A stretch of 62,027 nucleotides of DNA, filler included, from Hausera hauseri (taxonomy: Eukaryota): NCBI GenBank assembly GCA_046269625.1. It is 9 parts of 9 records of this genome, joined end to end, with 100 filler letters (N's around TTAATTAATTAA, not from the genome) between each part and the next. Parts side by side here need not be neighbours in the genome. Positions count along the whole stretch, not along the records: positions 5,274 to 19,649 come from JBJURY010622108.1; positions 19,750 to 25,375 come from JBJURY010218299.1; positions 25,476 to 31,329 come from JBJURY010179195.1; 6 more parts are not named here. One strand, written 5' to 3'. Of the stretch, positions 12,950 to 25,767 are shown one piece after another. The translations under genes and the position numbers were made by a program. A model generated the notes under the pieces. The model was not told the origin of the DNA and made no database searches. It worked only from the letters and a program-made list of their open reading frames with translations. The stretch's first letter is position 1; each line of letters starts with the position of its first letter.

Positions 12950-13110
12950 TTAATTAAAAAATGGACAAGGTTTGCAGAGCAAAAGTTAATTAACAAATTG
13001 CTGCCAGTGTGTACTTTATTAACATGAAACTTTTGTTGTTGATTAAGTTTTTCACGTGCATGTTTTACTTTCATGTACAAAGTTTGCATTAGATTCCACA
13101 TAGAACTGAC
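12950..13110 (-). repeat. ~150 bp dispersed repeat, copy 2 (inverted)
   Basis: Reverse complement of 7720-7875. Confidence 0.85.
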
Positions 13111-13189
13111 TAAAGAAACAGTGGGCAGAAATCTATGCAGTCCAGCAGATAAGAGATTCATTAACTGGAAATCATCTACCATTAAGAAG

Positions 13190-13700
13190 AAGTTATCTAT
13201 GTTTACACAGATTGGTCAGCATTTAAGAAAACAGATAATGCAGGGTATGGAGCTGTAATTATTCCTTCAGACACAGAAGAAGACATCAAAATGTTAGGCC
13301 CTTGTGGTACATGGTGCATAAATTATGAAGCAGAAATGGTCGCCTTTTATTAAACTCCGATAATAATCTTTGAGCAATTTTAATGCACTGAAATGGAACA
13401 AAATGCTATCGTGGTTTCTCAGATTCACAGATTCACAGACAGCCTTAACAGCAATAGAACATCGGAGAATAAATTCAGTTTACACGACCCAGAAGGGACA
13501 AGAAATATTCCACAAAAGAATAAGCCTGTATGGTGTGGATCTATATATGCAGCGGATACCAGGCCAGACAAGCATTAGTTTCAATGAGAAAGCCGATAGA
13601 CTATCAAAGAGAGGAACACAAATCCCCACACAGAATATTCATTAAGTTTGGCAACAGTAAAACAAATAATTGTACAGAGGATTGGATGAATAAGTGGGCA
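13190..13700 (+). mobile_element. RNase H-containing LINE fragment (same family as 8756-9472)
   Basis: YVYTDWSAF..NAGYG, FTDSQTAL and MQRIPGQTSISFNEKADRL. Confidence 0.8.
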
Positions 13701-16200
13701 TAGGCATTGTTGTCTTTTCTCAGAAAACTTTCTGCTGTTATCATAATTACCCTTTATCTTCAGTTCTAGGGGTTCAACATTGGCAGAATTCTCACACGCA
13801 TTTGTTGGAGTAGATCGCATGACTCCACAGTCGTTTGATAATCGTTTTGTAAGATGTAGTCTTTTTGAGGTCTTTGCTACCAATGCCTCAACACGTAATC
13901 TGTAAGTAATTTAAGTGTCAAGCTGAACTCCTAGGTAAGTTAAGGTTGTTTTTTGTTGGCAAGATTTTGCCCTGTAATTTTGTTTCTAAATATTTCCCAG
14001 CTATCTGACAGCTGAGTGTGAGAACTGTGTACGCTGTTTTGCTTGAATAACGTACAAGTTTCCAAAGAATGCAATATGTTATTAGTGCAGTAAGCGCATG
14101 ATTTAGTTTCTTCTGGAGCTGGAGTGGTGGTTTTCTTTCTGCCCATACAGCTAGGTTTTCTGCAAACCGGGCATTGAGAGAATGAATATAGATTGCCAGA
14201 TATAGATGATTAAAGGGACGCAGCTTAGGATTGAGTCGTCTGCCAATCGTATGGTCGTGGGTTGAATCCCAGCTGCGAGCATTCAATTGTTTCGACCAAA
14301 ACGACTCCAAGGGACCACACAGCCTCAAACCTGGGTCCCGGAGAAATTCACTGGGAAAGTAAAGGTGGCATGGCGTTATGTAACAACATAACCCAATAAT
14401 GTGCCGGTGTCAAGGAAAAATGTTGACACTAATTCCACATCTTCCTATAGGAATATCTTTATGCGTGAAATGAACTTTTTGGCGCGAACCATGACGAAGA
14501 CCTTCTTTGATCGTTGTTTTCCCTAATGTTGTTCCATTGTATGTTGTACACATGTTTGGATTCGTTAAAAAAATCTTAGCTCCATTTGTGCAGTCTTCCT
14601 TCCACTCCCATCTTCTGCATCTTGTAGAAGAGGCCATCTCTCCACATTCTGTCGTATGTCTGTTTGGAATCTACAAGGACTGCAACAACATCACTTTTCT
14701 TTTGAAAACCTTCAGTGACGTTTTGTACCAGACGGATCAGCTGGTCTGTGATCTGCTTTCCTCTTCTTGGTTGGGGTGGAGGATATTTTCTTTCTCCAAC
14801 CACCAGTAAAGCCGTGTGTCTATCATACGCTCAGCAATTTTCTCAATACTGAATGTAAAAGAGATAGACCGATATCTCTTCATTTTACCAGGTGGTTTGT
14901 CTCTGTGGAGGCTGGGTATGATGTTGGCTGCTTTCCATCCTATATATATAGTGCGTAGTCTTTTGAATGTTTCTTTTATATGTCTTGTTAACATCAGCAA
15001 AGAATTTATTGAATACTTTGGCCTTCTGTTTATCGGGTTAGCTATGTTATTCTTTAGGAGCTGCATAGGTGTGGGATTTATTCTCTGTGATGTCACTGCC
15101 ATGTCATCAAGGATTTTACATTCTTTCCTCCCACTTTTCAAGAGGTCTAGGTTATAACACTTTTTCTTCCATGCCTCTAGTTTTGAAGTTCTAGTTGTGG
15201 ATTCAAGTTGCGGATTTCAAAAACAGTGTACTTTCTGCGGTTGCCTTCCGGAATTGTATGTTTAGCTGCCTGTAACAGTCTGATCATCTGTATTTATGTC
15301 AATTTCTCAAAGAAGTTGATCTGATATGACACTGTAGTCTTCCCAGTTGGCTCGGGCATAATTCCATTTTGTTCAATTCAATATGTGGCGGTAGATCCAT
15401 TTCGGCATTATTTTGGCTTCACTTAGTTCTTATTCTGGAAGACAGTAATTAGTAAGTTCAGACGATTGATTCCAACGTCTTCCCGTACCCTCCATTTATA
15501 ATGAATGGCAAGGTCCGGCCGACTGCGCGTTCCACTTGCTTTATGGAGGAGGGTTGGAGGGGAGTTTTTATTTTCGAGAATGGTGAGGTTGAAGTTATTA
15601 TATAGATCTTCAATTGCATGGCCTGAAGTGTTAGCATCATGATATCCCCACATTGGGGAAAGAACATTAAAGTCTCTTCCTATGATAGTTTTTTTCTGGA
15701 AATGGTTTCATTAAAAAATATTTCACTTGTTTTTATAGACATTGAAAATTTGGAATGTGCTGTCATTTACCCAAGCCTTCACTCCCTGGATGTCGTTTTC
15801 ATCATTGGTTTGACAGCTTCATCCTTAAGAACTGTTTCCTGCAGTAGTGCAATATGAATGTTTTGTCTTTAAACTGTTTTATAAGTTATAGACATTGAAG
15901 ATTTGGAATGTGCCGTCATTTACCCAAGCCTTCATTCGCTGGATGTCGATTTCATCATTTGTATTATTACTTACCAGACTCATAATCCGACGACTGGTCT
16001 GACAGCGAAATTTGTACATCGTGTGGCCTGGTATATTGAGATCTTTATCCTTAAGAACTGTTTCATGCAGTAGTGCAATATGGATGTTTTGTCTGTAAGG
16101 AGTTTTATAAGTTTTGGTAAATTGGGTCTCATCTCATCTATATTCAGCTGCAAAAATATTAAAATTTCCATCCTTAGCATACTTAACACCATGAGCAGCC
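13700..16200 (-). mobile_element. Decayed LINE ORF2 (APE endonuclease + RT), interrupted by a SINE
   Basis: IFLQLNI, ALLQET, WGYHDAN, SRPDL (APE); WKAANIIP, YRSISFT, IAERMIDTRL, D..QTYDRMWRDGL (RT); GLMRSTP-like tail. Many stops and frameshifts. Confidence 0.85.
14210..14480 (+). repeat. tRNA-derived SINE copy 3
   Basis: B-box-like GGGTTGAATCCC, then CCACACAGCCTCAAACCTGGGTCCCGGAGAAATT core and GGGAAAGTAAAGG tail. Confidence 0.65.
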
Positions 16201-16504
16201 GAGGAGCCTGCTTGGCGCGGATTTTGTATTAGGCAACGTCCGAGCTCGTATACATTCTTTTGAACAAATGGCATGATATCAATAGAGTGGGAGTTGTGAT
16301 TAGCTTCTTTTCATAGTTATCCTCTACCTCATGCGGGATGTTGAAAGCATGGTGAGCAATGTACTACTAATCACTGCGGAGCATTTTGTCTTCCCTTGCT
16401 AGTTCCAAGTTGCTTCTGCTGGTGTGCCGCTGATTTCTTCCCTTCCCACTGTTAGTTATCCTATATTCCAGTATCAACAAACCACAAGTTACAAGAGATT
16501 ATAA

Positions 16505-16780
16505 AAAAAGTCCATTGTACACGCCTAAGAGGGCGTATAGGCAAATTTGGAGTTAGTGTCCACATATTTACCTAGACATCGGCATATAAATGGGTTATGT
16601 TGTCAGCATAACGCCTTTACTTTCCCAGAGAATATCTCCGGTACCCATTTTTGAGGCTGGGTGGGCCCCTGGAGACGTTTTGATTTAATAAAAGTTCAAT
16701 GCCCACCGCTGGTGTTTAACCTGTAACCACACGATCGGCAGACGAGCTCACTAACCGCAACGCCACCGCGGCTCCCACAG
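16505..16780 (-). repeat. tRNA-derived SINE copy 4 (best preserved)
   Basis: GGGAGCCGCGGTGGCGTTGCGGTTAG head and CCCACCCAGCCTCAAAAATGGGTACC core, resembling the Deu/Nin SINE domain. Confidence 0.7.
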
Positions 16781-16983
16781 TAGATTATAAAATACCTAGA
16801 AATTCCCCAGGGGTAGATCGAGTCACCAATGAAATGATTAAAAATCTAGGAACAATTGCGTTTGTTAATATTTATCATTATAGAATAAAATGGCGATGTA
16901 TGCAGACGACCTCGTCATATGGTGTCAAGAAGAATTTTCAACAACTGCCACCATTTGTATTCCATGTGGCTATTGTTCCAAGT

Positions 16984-18640
16984 GTCTTGTCTTGTCTTTT
17001 CTTTGATCCACAGTCATCGAGCGTCAGCTCATGTTGACGTGGATGCCAATATGTGATAATGTACAGCTTTATTAAGCTGCTGGAGTGCGGAGCAAGACAG
17101 CATGTGGTGCTTCACGGTCTCATTTTGATGTACACAATGTCTGCATCTTGCTGTAGTCAGCGGGTCCATTCTGCTTCTGTGAGCATTTAGTGTAGAGTGG
17201 CCAGTTCTCAACCTGAAGATCTGTGTTTGGTACTTGCGTTCAATCCTATTCATAGCATCTTCTGTGTTGGGGGCTGTAAGGTGTCTGAAAAGCCTCCTTC
17301 CGGTTTTAGCCTGTGCCCACTTACTCATCCAATCATCTCTACAATTATTTTTGATGATCTGTTTTGCTGTTGCCAAACTTAATGGATGTTCTTTCTATCT
17401 GTGATGTTTCTCATCGAAATAGATGTTTGTGTAGCCTTGTATCCACTGAATGTATACATTCACATCAGACAGGCTTATAATTTTGTGGCATATTACTTGT
17501 ACCTTCTGGGTGGTGTCAACTGAATTTATTCTCCAGTGTTCTATTGCTGTTAATGCTGCCTATGAATCCGAGAAGACTACGATATCCTTTGATTTCATTC
17601 CTTTACATTCAAATTACTCAAAGATTTTTATCAGAGCTTCATGAATGGCGACCGCTTCTGCTTCATAATTTGTGTATCATGTACCACAAAGGCCTGATAT
17701 TTTGATGGATTCGTCTGTGTCTGATGAAATGATTACATATCCATATCCTGCATTAACTGTTGCCTTAAAAGCTGACCCAGCTAGGTAGATATGGATAGAA
17801 TCTACGTAATTGTCCATGGTTTGTAGTGCAAGTGATTTTAGCAATGTAGGCAGGAGACTCTTATGTGACGGACAGAGGAGATTTGTTTCGTTTCATTGGT
17901 TTTCCTAATTCAATATGTGGTGGTAGATCAGGTGCGCGTGTTGTTGGCATTCTTATTTCTGATAGGTAGTGCTTTTCTTATAGCTCTTCATATCTTTGCA
18001 TAAAAGAAGTTTTCTTGATTCGTCTCCTGGGTACATAGTTAATTAAAATCTTCTTGCATGGATCGTCTTTGTCTTTTCTCAGAAATCTTTCTGCGTTTGT
18101 CATAACTGCCCTTTCTCTCCTCATTTCTAGGGGTTCATCATTGGTAGAAATCTCACGCGCATTTGTTGGAGTATATCGCAGACCTCCACAAATTAATCTG
18201 AGTGCTTGGTTCTGGGTGCGGTCTAATCTGTTCCTCTGGGTCTGATTGGCAGTGGCTTGAAATGGCAGGGAGTAGCCCATGACAGAGCGTACATATCCCA
18301 GGTTTAGTTGTCGTAGTGTGTGGCTCCTCAAATGGTGCTTGGCAACTATTTTATATGATTTAGTCTTTTTGAAGCCTTTTCTACCAGCGTGTCAACCTGT
18401 ACTCTGTAAGTAAGTTTAGTATCAAGCTGAACTCTTAGGTAAGTGGGGTTGTTTTCTTTTGCCAAGATTTAGCCATCTAATGTTAGTTGTAAATCATCCT
18501 CGGCTATCTGATTGCTCAAGGTGAAAACTTTGTACACTGTTTTGCTTGAATTAATTACCAGCTTCCAGAGACTGCAATAAGTTGTTAGTGCAGCTAGGAT
18601 TTGATTTAGTCTTTTCTGGAGATGAAACAGAAATTTGCAG
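16984..18640 (-). mobile_element. RNase H-containing LINE, 3' half (RT C-terminus, RNase H, Zn knuckle, CAAGA tail)
   Basis: TYLRVQLD..L, YVRSVMGY, QNQALRLICGGLRYTP, RNase H, IFRLRTGH, CRHC..ETVKHHMLSC. Same 3' end as the copy ending at ~9472. Confidence 0.9.
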
Positions 18641-18650
18641 TTACTGTAAA

Positions 18651-19260
18651 TGTCACAAATACCACAGATATGGTGCAGGCAACATTTACCATGCGATTGG
18701 GGGAAGGGGGTTGTTGTCGTGGTAGTGTCGTTGGATGCTTGTATTTCTACGTCTTATAATCGTCGAGTCAGTTTTATTCATAACTGCAGGTTTGACCGTC
18801 ATCTCTCTCAGCAGGTTTGACCGTCATCAATTTCAGCTGGTTTTACCGCTATTTCTCTTATACAGATGGCGCTGCCGTCATTTCGTTTTGAGGCTGTTGA
18901 AATGCCCGAGACCCCCACCGGGATGCATCTGTTAAGAAATACCTCGGACATATCCCGGTGGGAATCTGAGGCACAGTAAACCACTCCTCGTGCACAGTGC
19001 TAAAGCTGATGACTCACAATCAAGCCCTCCGCTCGCGTTACCATGTTTACTGCTAGGCAACGGAAGGGGAAACCTACATGTCAGTATGTCGGAGTGCTCA
19101 ACGGAAGAATGATCGATTATTTCCAGGAGGCTAAATATTCTACTAACGTAAGCAGGACTTTGTCTCACCTTCTGTATGAGGACGACTTGAAAACTCTGCA
19201 CATTGTCTAACCGCTTTTCTTAGAACTAAAGTTCCCCCTTTTCGGGGCTCATAGATAACA
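18651..19260. mobile_element. Possible solo LTR between LINE fragments
   Basis: Non-LINE ~610 bp block bounded by TGTCACA...GATAACA. No target-site duplication found. Confidence 0.3.
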
Positions 19261-19649
19261 ACTCATCGCTTGGAAATCAGCAGTAAGTCAACCAATCAAT
19301 TCATCCGGCCGTCAGCCCTTGAGCGAGATTTTCAAGCAGAATAACAACATTATAAGCCAAAGAAAATTTTTAGAGTCAGAGGGAAGCCAGAATACTTCTC
19401 TATGATATGACATTTGATGGCCCTATAAGAGACCAGTCCTTGAGTATGGCATTGCAGCATGGGCAACAGCAACCAAAACAAACTTTGACAAGATCAGCCG
19501 ACTCCAAAATCAAGCCATGAGAACCATGACAGGGAGCATGAAAATAACATTCATCAAAGAGCTTGAAAAGATCACATACATTCAAGCCATGAAGGATAGA
19601 ATAGATCTTAGAGCCCAGTAACAGGCTGAACAGTTTAGAAGGTTACTGA
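19261..19649 (+). mobile_element. LINE RT C-terminal fragment
   Basis: IRPVLEYGIAAW and LQNQAMRTMTGSMK-like motifs. Confidence 0.75.
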
Positions 19650-19749
19650 NNNNNNNNNNNNNNNNNNNNNNNNNNNNNNNNNNNNNNNNNNNNTTAATTA
19701 ATTAANNNNNNNNNNNNNNNNNNNNNNNNNNNNNNNNNNNNNNNNNNNN

Positions 19750-22700
19750 AACCATCACCATTCACTTTTCTCCAAAAATCAACGACCGTCACCACACCAT
19801 CTACTTTCACCACTTATACCCCTACCATCCCTCCAGTCAGACACGCTTCTTTTCACTGCACAGAGTATTTTATTGACCATGAAAAGTCCAGCAAAACATG
19901 GCTTAACTTCCACAAGCTTTGGCTGCAGTCTAACAGCATTGCTGATCCCTCAGCCAAACTCATAGCTTACTTTGCCTCTTACCCAACACAGTAAATACTT
20001 CTCTTCATGATATTTTAGGTATCTTTTAACAATCCGACCTGTACAACCATCTCTATAATGCAGTTTTAAAACTCACGGAACCGTTTATGGATTCCATAAT
20101 ACATAGATTCTTCAATGGCAATGATATGGGTACACAAAAACCATTCGATTTTCTCAGAACCTCTCGCTCAACTGCAAACACTCGGCGTTACAAAACAAAA
20201 TAATTCCGATCTCTTACGACGTTACTTTCTCAAGGCATTACTGATTCAGATCAGAGCCCTGCTTACCGTCGTCGAGGAATCGACAGGACTTGATAAATTA
20301 GCGAACTTGCAGAAAAAACGTACGATATTTTACATCTAAACACAACCTATCATTTCTGCAGGGCTTACAGCAAACGACAACACATTAGAGTATCAAATAC
20401 AACATTTGCGAGCCGAAAACACAGCCCTACATAACACTATAAACCACATAAACGATAGATTAAATGAAATCTATATGACTCAACGAAAAGGTTCCGCCTC
20501 CGACCACACACACTCTGTACCTAGAGTCGAATACCTTCTCTTGCGCTGTGGCTGATTTGTTTTTACCACGATAGGTTTACTCACAAAGCACAAAAATGTC
20601 ATCTCGGGTGTCGCTTTTACAGCCAAAAGTATGACGTTAACAATGCTGTTTGCATTTACCACGCAAAGTTTAAGCATGATGCGCATAAGTGTATTTCTGG
20701 TTGTATCTTTAGAAGCAACACTCAACGTACGAATGTCGGACGTTCTCTCTTACCTTCTAACAGCCGTCAAAGTTCACCCATTTCCAAAAATCTAGTTCAA
20801 CCTCCAGAGGTTACGGCGAGTCCTGGCGAAAGCCATTTTCCAGTCTTTACCAGCCGAAAACTCTCTTTTGCCGTATTTACAATAAACGCAGTAACTACGT
20901 TACCAACAACTCGTCACACAGACTTCCTTATCTATTCAGGTGCAGTGATTTCTTTTCTGCCGCTCACCTTTCCAACTCAATACACTTCATCCCAAAATAA
21001 ACCTCTATTTACAGCTTCCGGACAACCGCTACATGTTTTTGGTACATGTAGGCTTTCTTTCACCCTTCCGAAATTTACTCAAACGTTCCGCTGGATGTTT
21101 ACCGTCCATACGTCTAAACAGCCATAATCTCCTTGGCAATTACAAACAACATTGCTTAACAAGTGGTTGCAATAAGGAGCGATTCAATCACGTCGATACC
21201 ATTTCGTCTGTTGTGTGGGTGAATGTAAGTCGAAAACCAATATTAAAATACCACTGGTCAAATAATTTTTTACAATCATAACGATTTGTTTTAAAAATTA
21301 TTGAAATCGATATTACTGACGATTGGGATTGCATGGCGATGAACCTGATTCCGTTACTACTGCCAAATCACTGGATACCACTACCATCTGCAATACCATC
21401 TTCATTTTTGATCACCAAATATCGCCCAAATTGCTACTGTTACTGATACAACCACAGTTACTGATAAAACCCCCTCGCTGCCTCCCAACCTTTCACAATT
21501 ACCTGCAATTCTGCAGCAATTCATCAACATGAACGAGCAAATATCACTTTTAACCGCACTATAACACAACATCAGCGACCTATCCGCCAGAAAGTGCGTC
21601 CATTGTCTTCTCGTCGTAGACAGGCCATTGAAGCCGAATTTCTAGACCTCGAACGCTCCGGTATTGTACGTCGCTCCAAATCCCCATGGCCATCGCCACT
21701 GCATGACGTGCAAAAGAAGGATGGAACTTTTAGACCATGTGATGATTTTCGACAGTTGAATATTTTGACTATAATGGATGCATACCCCCTGCCACTAATT
21801 AAGGATATCTTACACCATCTCAATTCCACTACAATTTATTCTACTATTGATTTATCCAAAGCCTACCACCAAATTCCTGTGGCACCTGAGGATATTAAAA
21901 AAACAGCTGTCACTACTCCTTTTGGCTTTATAAATATCTTTACATGCCTTTCGGCCTATGGAATGCTGCGCAGACCTTTCAACGCCACATCGATGCTATA
22001 CTTTCTGATTTTCCATATGCTCACCCATATATTGATGACATATTAATTGTTTCCTCTTCGACCCTACAACACGATGAACACTTTAGATCAATCTTTCAAC
22101 GTTTACACCAGCATAACCTGCAGATTAATTTCGCCAAATGTCATTTTTTCCGAAACATAAATTTCCTTGGTCACATTATTTCTTCCGAAGGTCACTCACC
22201 TTAACCCAACTGAGTTGAAGCCCTAAAAAATTTGCAGCTACCTCGAAAAACAACAGAAATGAGGAGCTTTTTGGGCACTTTGCACTTCATTTACAAGTAT
22301 GTGCCGTACTGCTCTGAATTTACCGCACTATTTGCCCACCTCAGTAGTGGAAAAAATACCAACCAATACAATGGACTCATGAACTTGTTAACAAATTCGA
22401 AAAGCTAAGAGAAGGTTTAAAAACTATCGAAATATTATCTTTCTCCAAACATGATGCACAGCTGACCCTCACTACGGACGCCTCCACCACTGCTGTGGGC
22501 GCCGTACTTCATCAAGTCCATAAAGGAGAGAACTAGCCTTTGGAGTTTTTTCACGCAATTTGACACCTCCTGAAACTAAATAATCAACGTTTGACCGAAG
22601 GATATTGGCCGTAGTTCTCGCAATAAAACATTTCTCCAATCTACTTACTGCTCGCCACTTTACCATACAGACCGACCACAAGCCTTTAATCAATATAATG

Positions 22701-24500
22701 ACAATGAAACACCCATCACCTCGACAGGAACGACAGATCTCATACCTGTCGACGTTCAATTTCGAGATCGAACACAATAACGATGTAAATAACTTAGTCG
22801 CCGACTTTCTTTCAAGATCCGTTAGCTCTATTAATTTTAAGCCTATTTTTACAGAAGATCAGCTGCAAGAAAACCAACTATCTTCAAACATGCTTAAATC
22901 TCTTCGATACTACAATATAACTGACGGCGTGGCTTTAGACACGTCTAAACCGGGACAGTCTAAAATAGTCTTAGCTCCATTTTGCATTGCAAAAACAGGC
23001 ATTCTTCAGCGTACATTCACTACACCACCCTGGTGCTAAGGCTACCTTTCGCTTTCTTCACCGACAGTTTATCTCGCCATCTATGCGTTCTGATGTGCAA
23101 GCGTGGATTAAAGGATGTGTGGCGTGCCAGAAATTTAAAGCCATCAAGCATTTGAAGCCACCTCTATATCATTTCCATTGCACATTGCCCTTCGAGTCCG
23201 TACATATAGATCTTGTTAGCCCTCTTCCTCCTGACAACGGTTATCACTTCATTTTGACCATGACGAATCGTTCCTCACGATGACCAGAAGCTGTCCCTCT
23301 ACGGAGCACTAACATGGACACAATAGCCGACGTTTTCATGCGCACTTGGATCAGCAGGTTTGGATCCCCTAGGTTCATTATTACGGACCAAGGTACTCAG
23401 TTTGAGTCCAACTTGCTTAAATCACTCGTTAGCCGATTAGGAATCAGCCATATACACATAACACCATATCACCCCAATCAAATGGTCTTCTAGAGAGATT
23501 CAACATAACACTGAAAACGTCACTGAGAATCCTTGCCGAATCTAATAGTAGTTGGACAGCCCTTCTTCCGTTAGTTTTTCTGGGTTGGCGCAAAACTCCT
23601 TCCACTTCTACAGGTTGTTCACCTACGGAAGCCTTATTGGGAGCACACGTACATTAATTATTTGAGCTTACTGCCTTGGAAGATACACCTACAGGCAAAG
23701 CTATCCAAACGGCAAAGACTCATTCTGCAGAATAATACATAACAATAAAACTTACCTACCCGATTATTTATATTCTGCAAAGTTTGTCTAGCTGAAAAAC
23801 CAGACGCCGTGCGGTTTTCAAACACGGTATTTGGGGCCCTACAAACTCGTTCAATTGCACTCTCACAATGTCATTATTTCTAAAGACGGTAAGGAACTAA
23901 CGGTGCATATGAACAACGTCAAGCCTGCCTTTTTCGTAGACGATACCCCGCAAATTGAATCTTCTACCTCCTTTCTGCTTTCTCCGCCGTTTTTCCCTTT
24001 CAGATCCTACACCTTCTACACCCCTTTCCATTCCAACCCCTATACCTACTCCTTTATCTGAACCTACTCCAAACTCCACTCCTACTAACCTAACAACCTT
24101 TCCTTCCTATTCTCCTACATTTCTTCCTTTAACTCATTCTCCGTTCTTGTACGACACAACACCTTACATGACCAAATCGGATAATGTTTTTCCCCAATCA
24201 TCTGAGCATGCAGGTTTCAAGACATTGAAAATTCGCAAATCACATTTAGTACCTACAGTAAGGTGATTAACACTGCACGGGTACAAAGTCTTATTCATAC
24301 AAAGACCACTTAGACAGCCTATACCGTTTCTACACATTTTCCACTTTTTACCTCTTTAGTCGTTGCTCTGCCACGGGGGGTTGTGTTGTGCCTGCGGTGC
24401 CCGCGTCGATTGTCGCCCTCCGGCCCATTCGGTTGGGCACGGCCGGGTTTTCCGCTGCCGGCACGTTGGGCACAGAAGCAGGCCCCGATTTTCTGCCTTG
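19750..24500 (+). mobile_element. Decayed Gypsy (CsRn1-like) LTR retrotransposon: gag-PR-RT-RH-IN, PPT and start of 3' LTR
   Basis: gag LLRRYFL..L..QIRALL with tandem C-X2-H-X9-C-X3-C fingers; FLI(Y)SGA protease; SPWPSPLH.VQKKDG, YIDD; TDAS, TDHKPL; H-H-C-C and HIDLV/TDQGTQF/ERF integrase; GPY; G6 tract at 24375-24380 followed by TG. Many stops and frameshifts. Confidence 0.92.
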
Positions 24501-25375
24501 AAAACCGAAATATTTGAATGCTGCTAAAACCCCATTGATTCGATACGCGGAGTCCGTCAAAAATTTGGTTGAGCGACGAAATGAAATCCACCTTGTCGGA
24601 AAATAATCAAACATAACGTTGATAATACATTGAGATGGATCAGGAATGAGGACTATCATACGTTCAATGATTTCTTTGGGAAGCTGGTAAATCTGAAAAA
24701 TTCGAACTTGTTCCACCACATCCACTCGGTCTCGCTTGCCAATGTCCTTTGTTCACTTCACCAAATTCACAACCTCTCGTTTCGATATTTGAAGAATCCG
24801 TATCCGATGTAAAATTCAATCTCACTGCCATACAAATTCCCGATTTGTGGAAATTTCATATCACAAAATCCCACTACGAAAAACTCGAATTGCTCTACAC
24901 GCTCAATACTAAAGACGATTTCAATAAATTGGCACTTAAATCCCGTTTGTGGTGTCTTTTACAGCGATACTACAGAAAACAACAACAACAACAGATACAG
25001 CAGCAGAAACAACATCAGCAATGGTAGTCGTAGTCAGTTAAGATTAGCTGCTGGGAAATGTTGGCTGAAACTGGCACAAGTGCAATCATTCTTGCCCACT
25101 ATCAATATTAAATGGATAAATCGATTGTCCAGCCTGATATATGATCCCTGTTCACAGGTGCGTGATGAGTTCATTAGAAAGTTATATAAGGGGCTGTATT
25201 TATTGAAACTCCCATTAGACTACATGGCCATGTTCGCTTTTGTGCCGTTCATTGTCGATTCTGAATTTCATAACAAGGCTAAAATGTCTTTTGCCAGCAA
25301 TGTAACAAGACGTTAGGAATTTTTGGATCGAAATCCTAGTTACTTGAATGATGCCAAACTCATTTTTGCTGTTCG
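24500..25375 (+). pseudogene. PDS5: Disabled, intronless fragment of cohesin regulator PDS5
   Basis: SQLRLAAGKCWLKLAQ...LIYDPCSQVRDEFIRKLYKGLYLLKLPLDYMAMFAF parallels PDS5 SRLRLAAG...[27 protein letters not shown]. Frameshift near 24580; in-frame TAA at 24810 and TAG at 25314. Confidence 0.85.
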
Positions 25376-25767
25376 NNNNNNNNNNNNNNNNNNNNNNNNN
25401 NNNNNNNNNNNNNNNNNNNTTAATTAATTAANNNNNNNNNNNNNNNNNNNNNNNNNNNNNNNNNNNNNNNNNNNNTTTCGCTGTTTGGTTTTAACCTTTT
25501 GTGGATTAATAGTATTTTGGTGCTGTATCTCTTTCGCTATGGATTCTCTAGCAAAAAAGAATTCAAGTCTTTCCTGGACTATCCAAATTAGAAAATCGAA
25601 CTTTAATTTCAGATTTTTGAAAAATCTAGAAATGTTCATGAACGGTTATCAATTTAATGTGTTGCAATTCCCTTGTATGGATTTAAAGTGATTCGAATTG
25701 AATGAAAATAATATTTTGAAGAAAGAATATTAATAATTCTTAATGTCAATGATTTTAATTATTTACT

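Noticed and set aside
24478-24512. Inverted similarity (..AACCGAA..) between the element/gene junctions here and at ~40929-40960, suggesting TIR-ended Gypsy elements
   Set aside because: The match is short and gapped, and the third copy does not show it.
24630-25375. Stop-codon reassignment explaining in-frame TAA/TAG in PDS5
   Set aside because: CAA/CAG are used normally and the same genes also carry frameshifts; decay is simpler.
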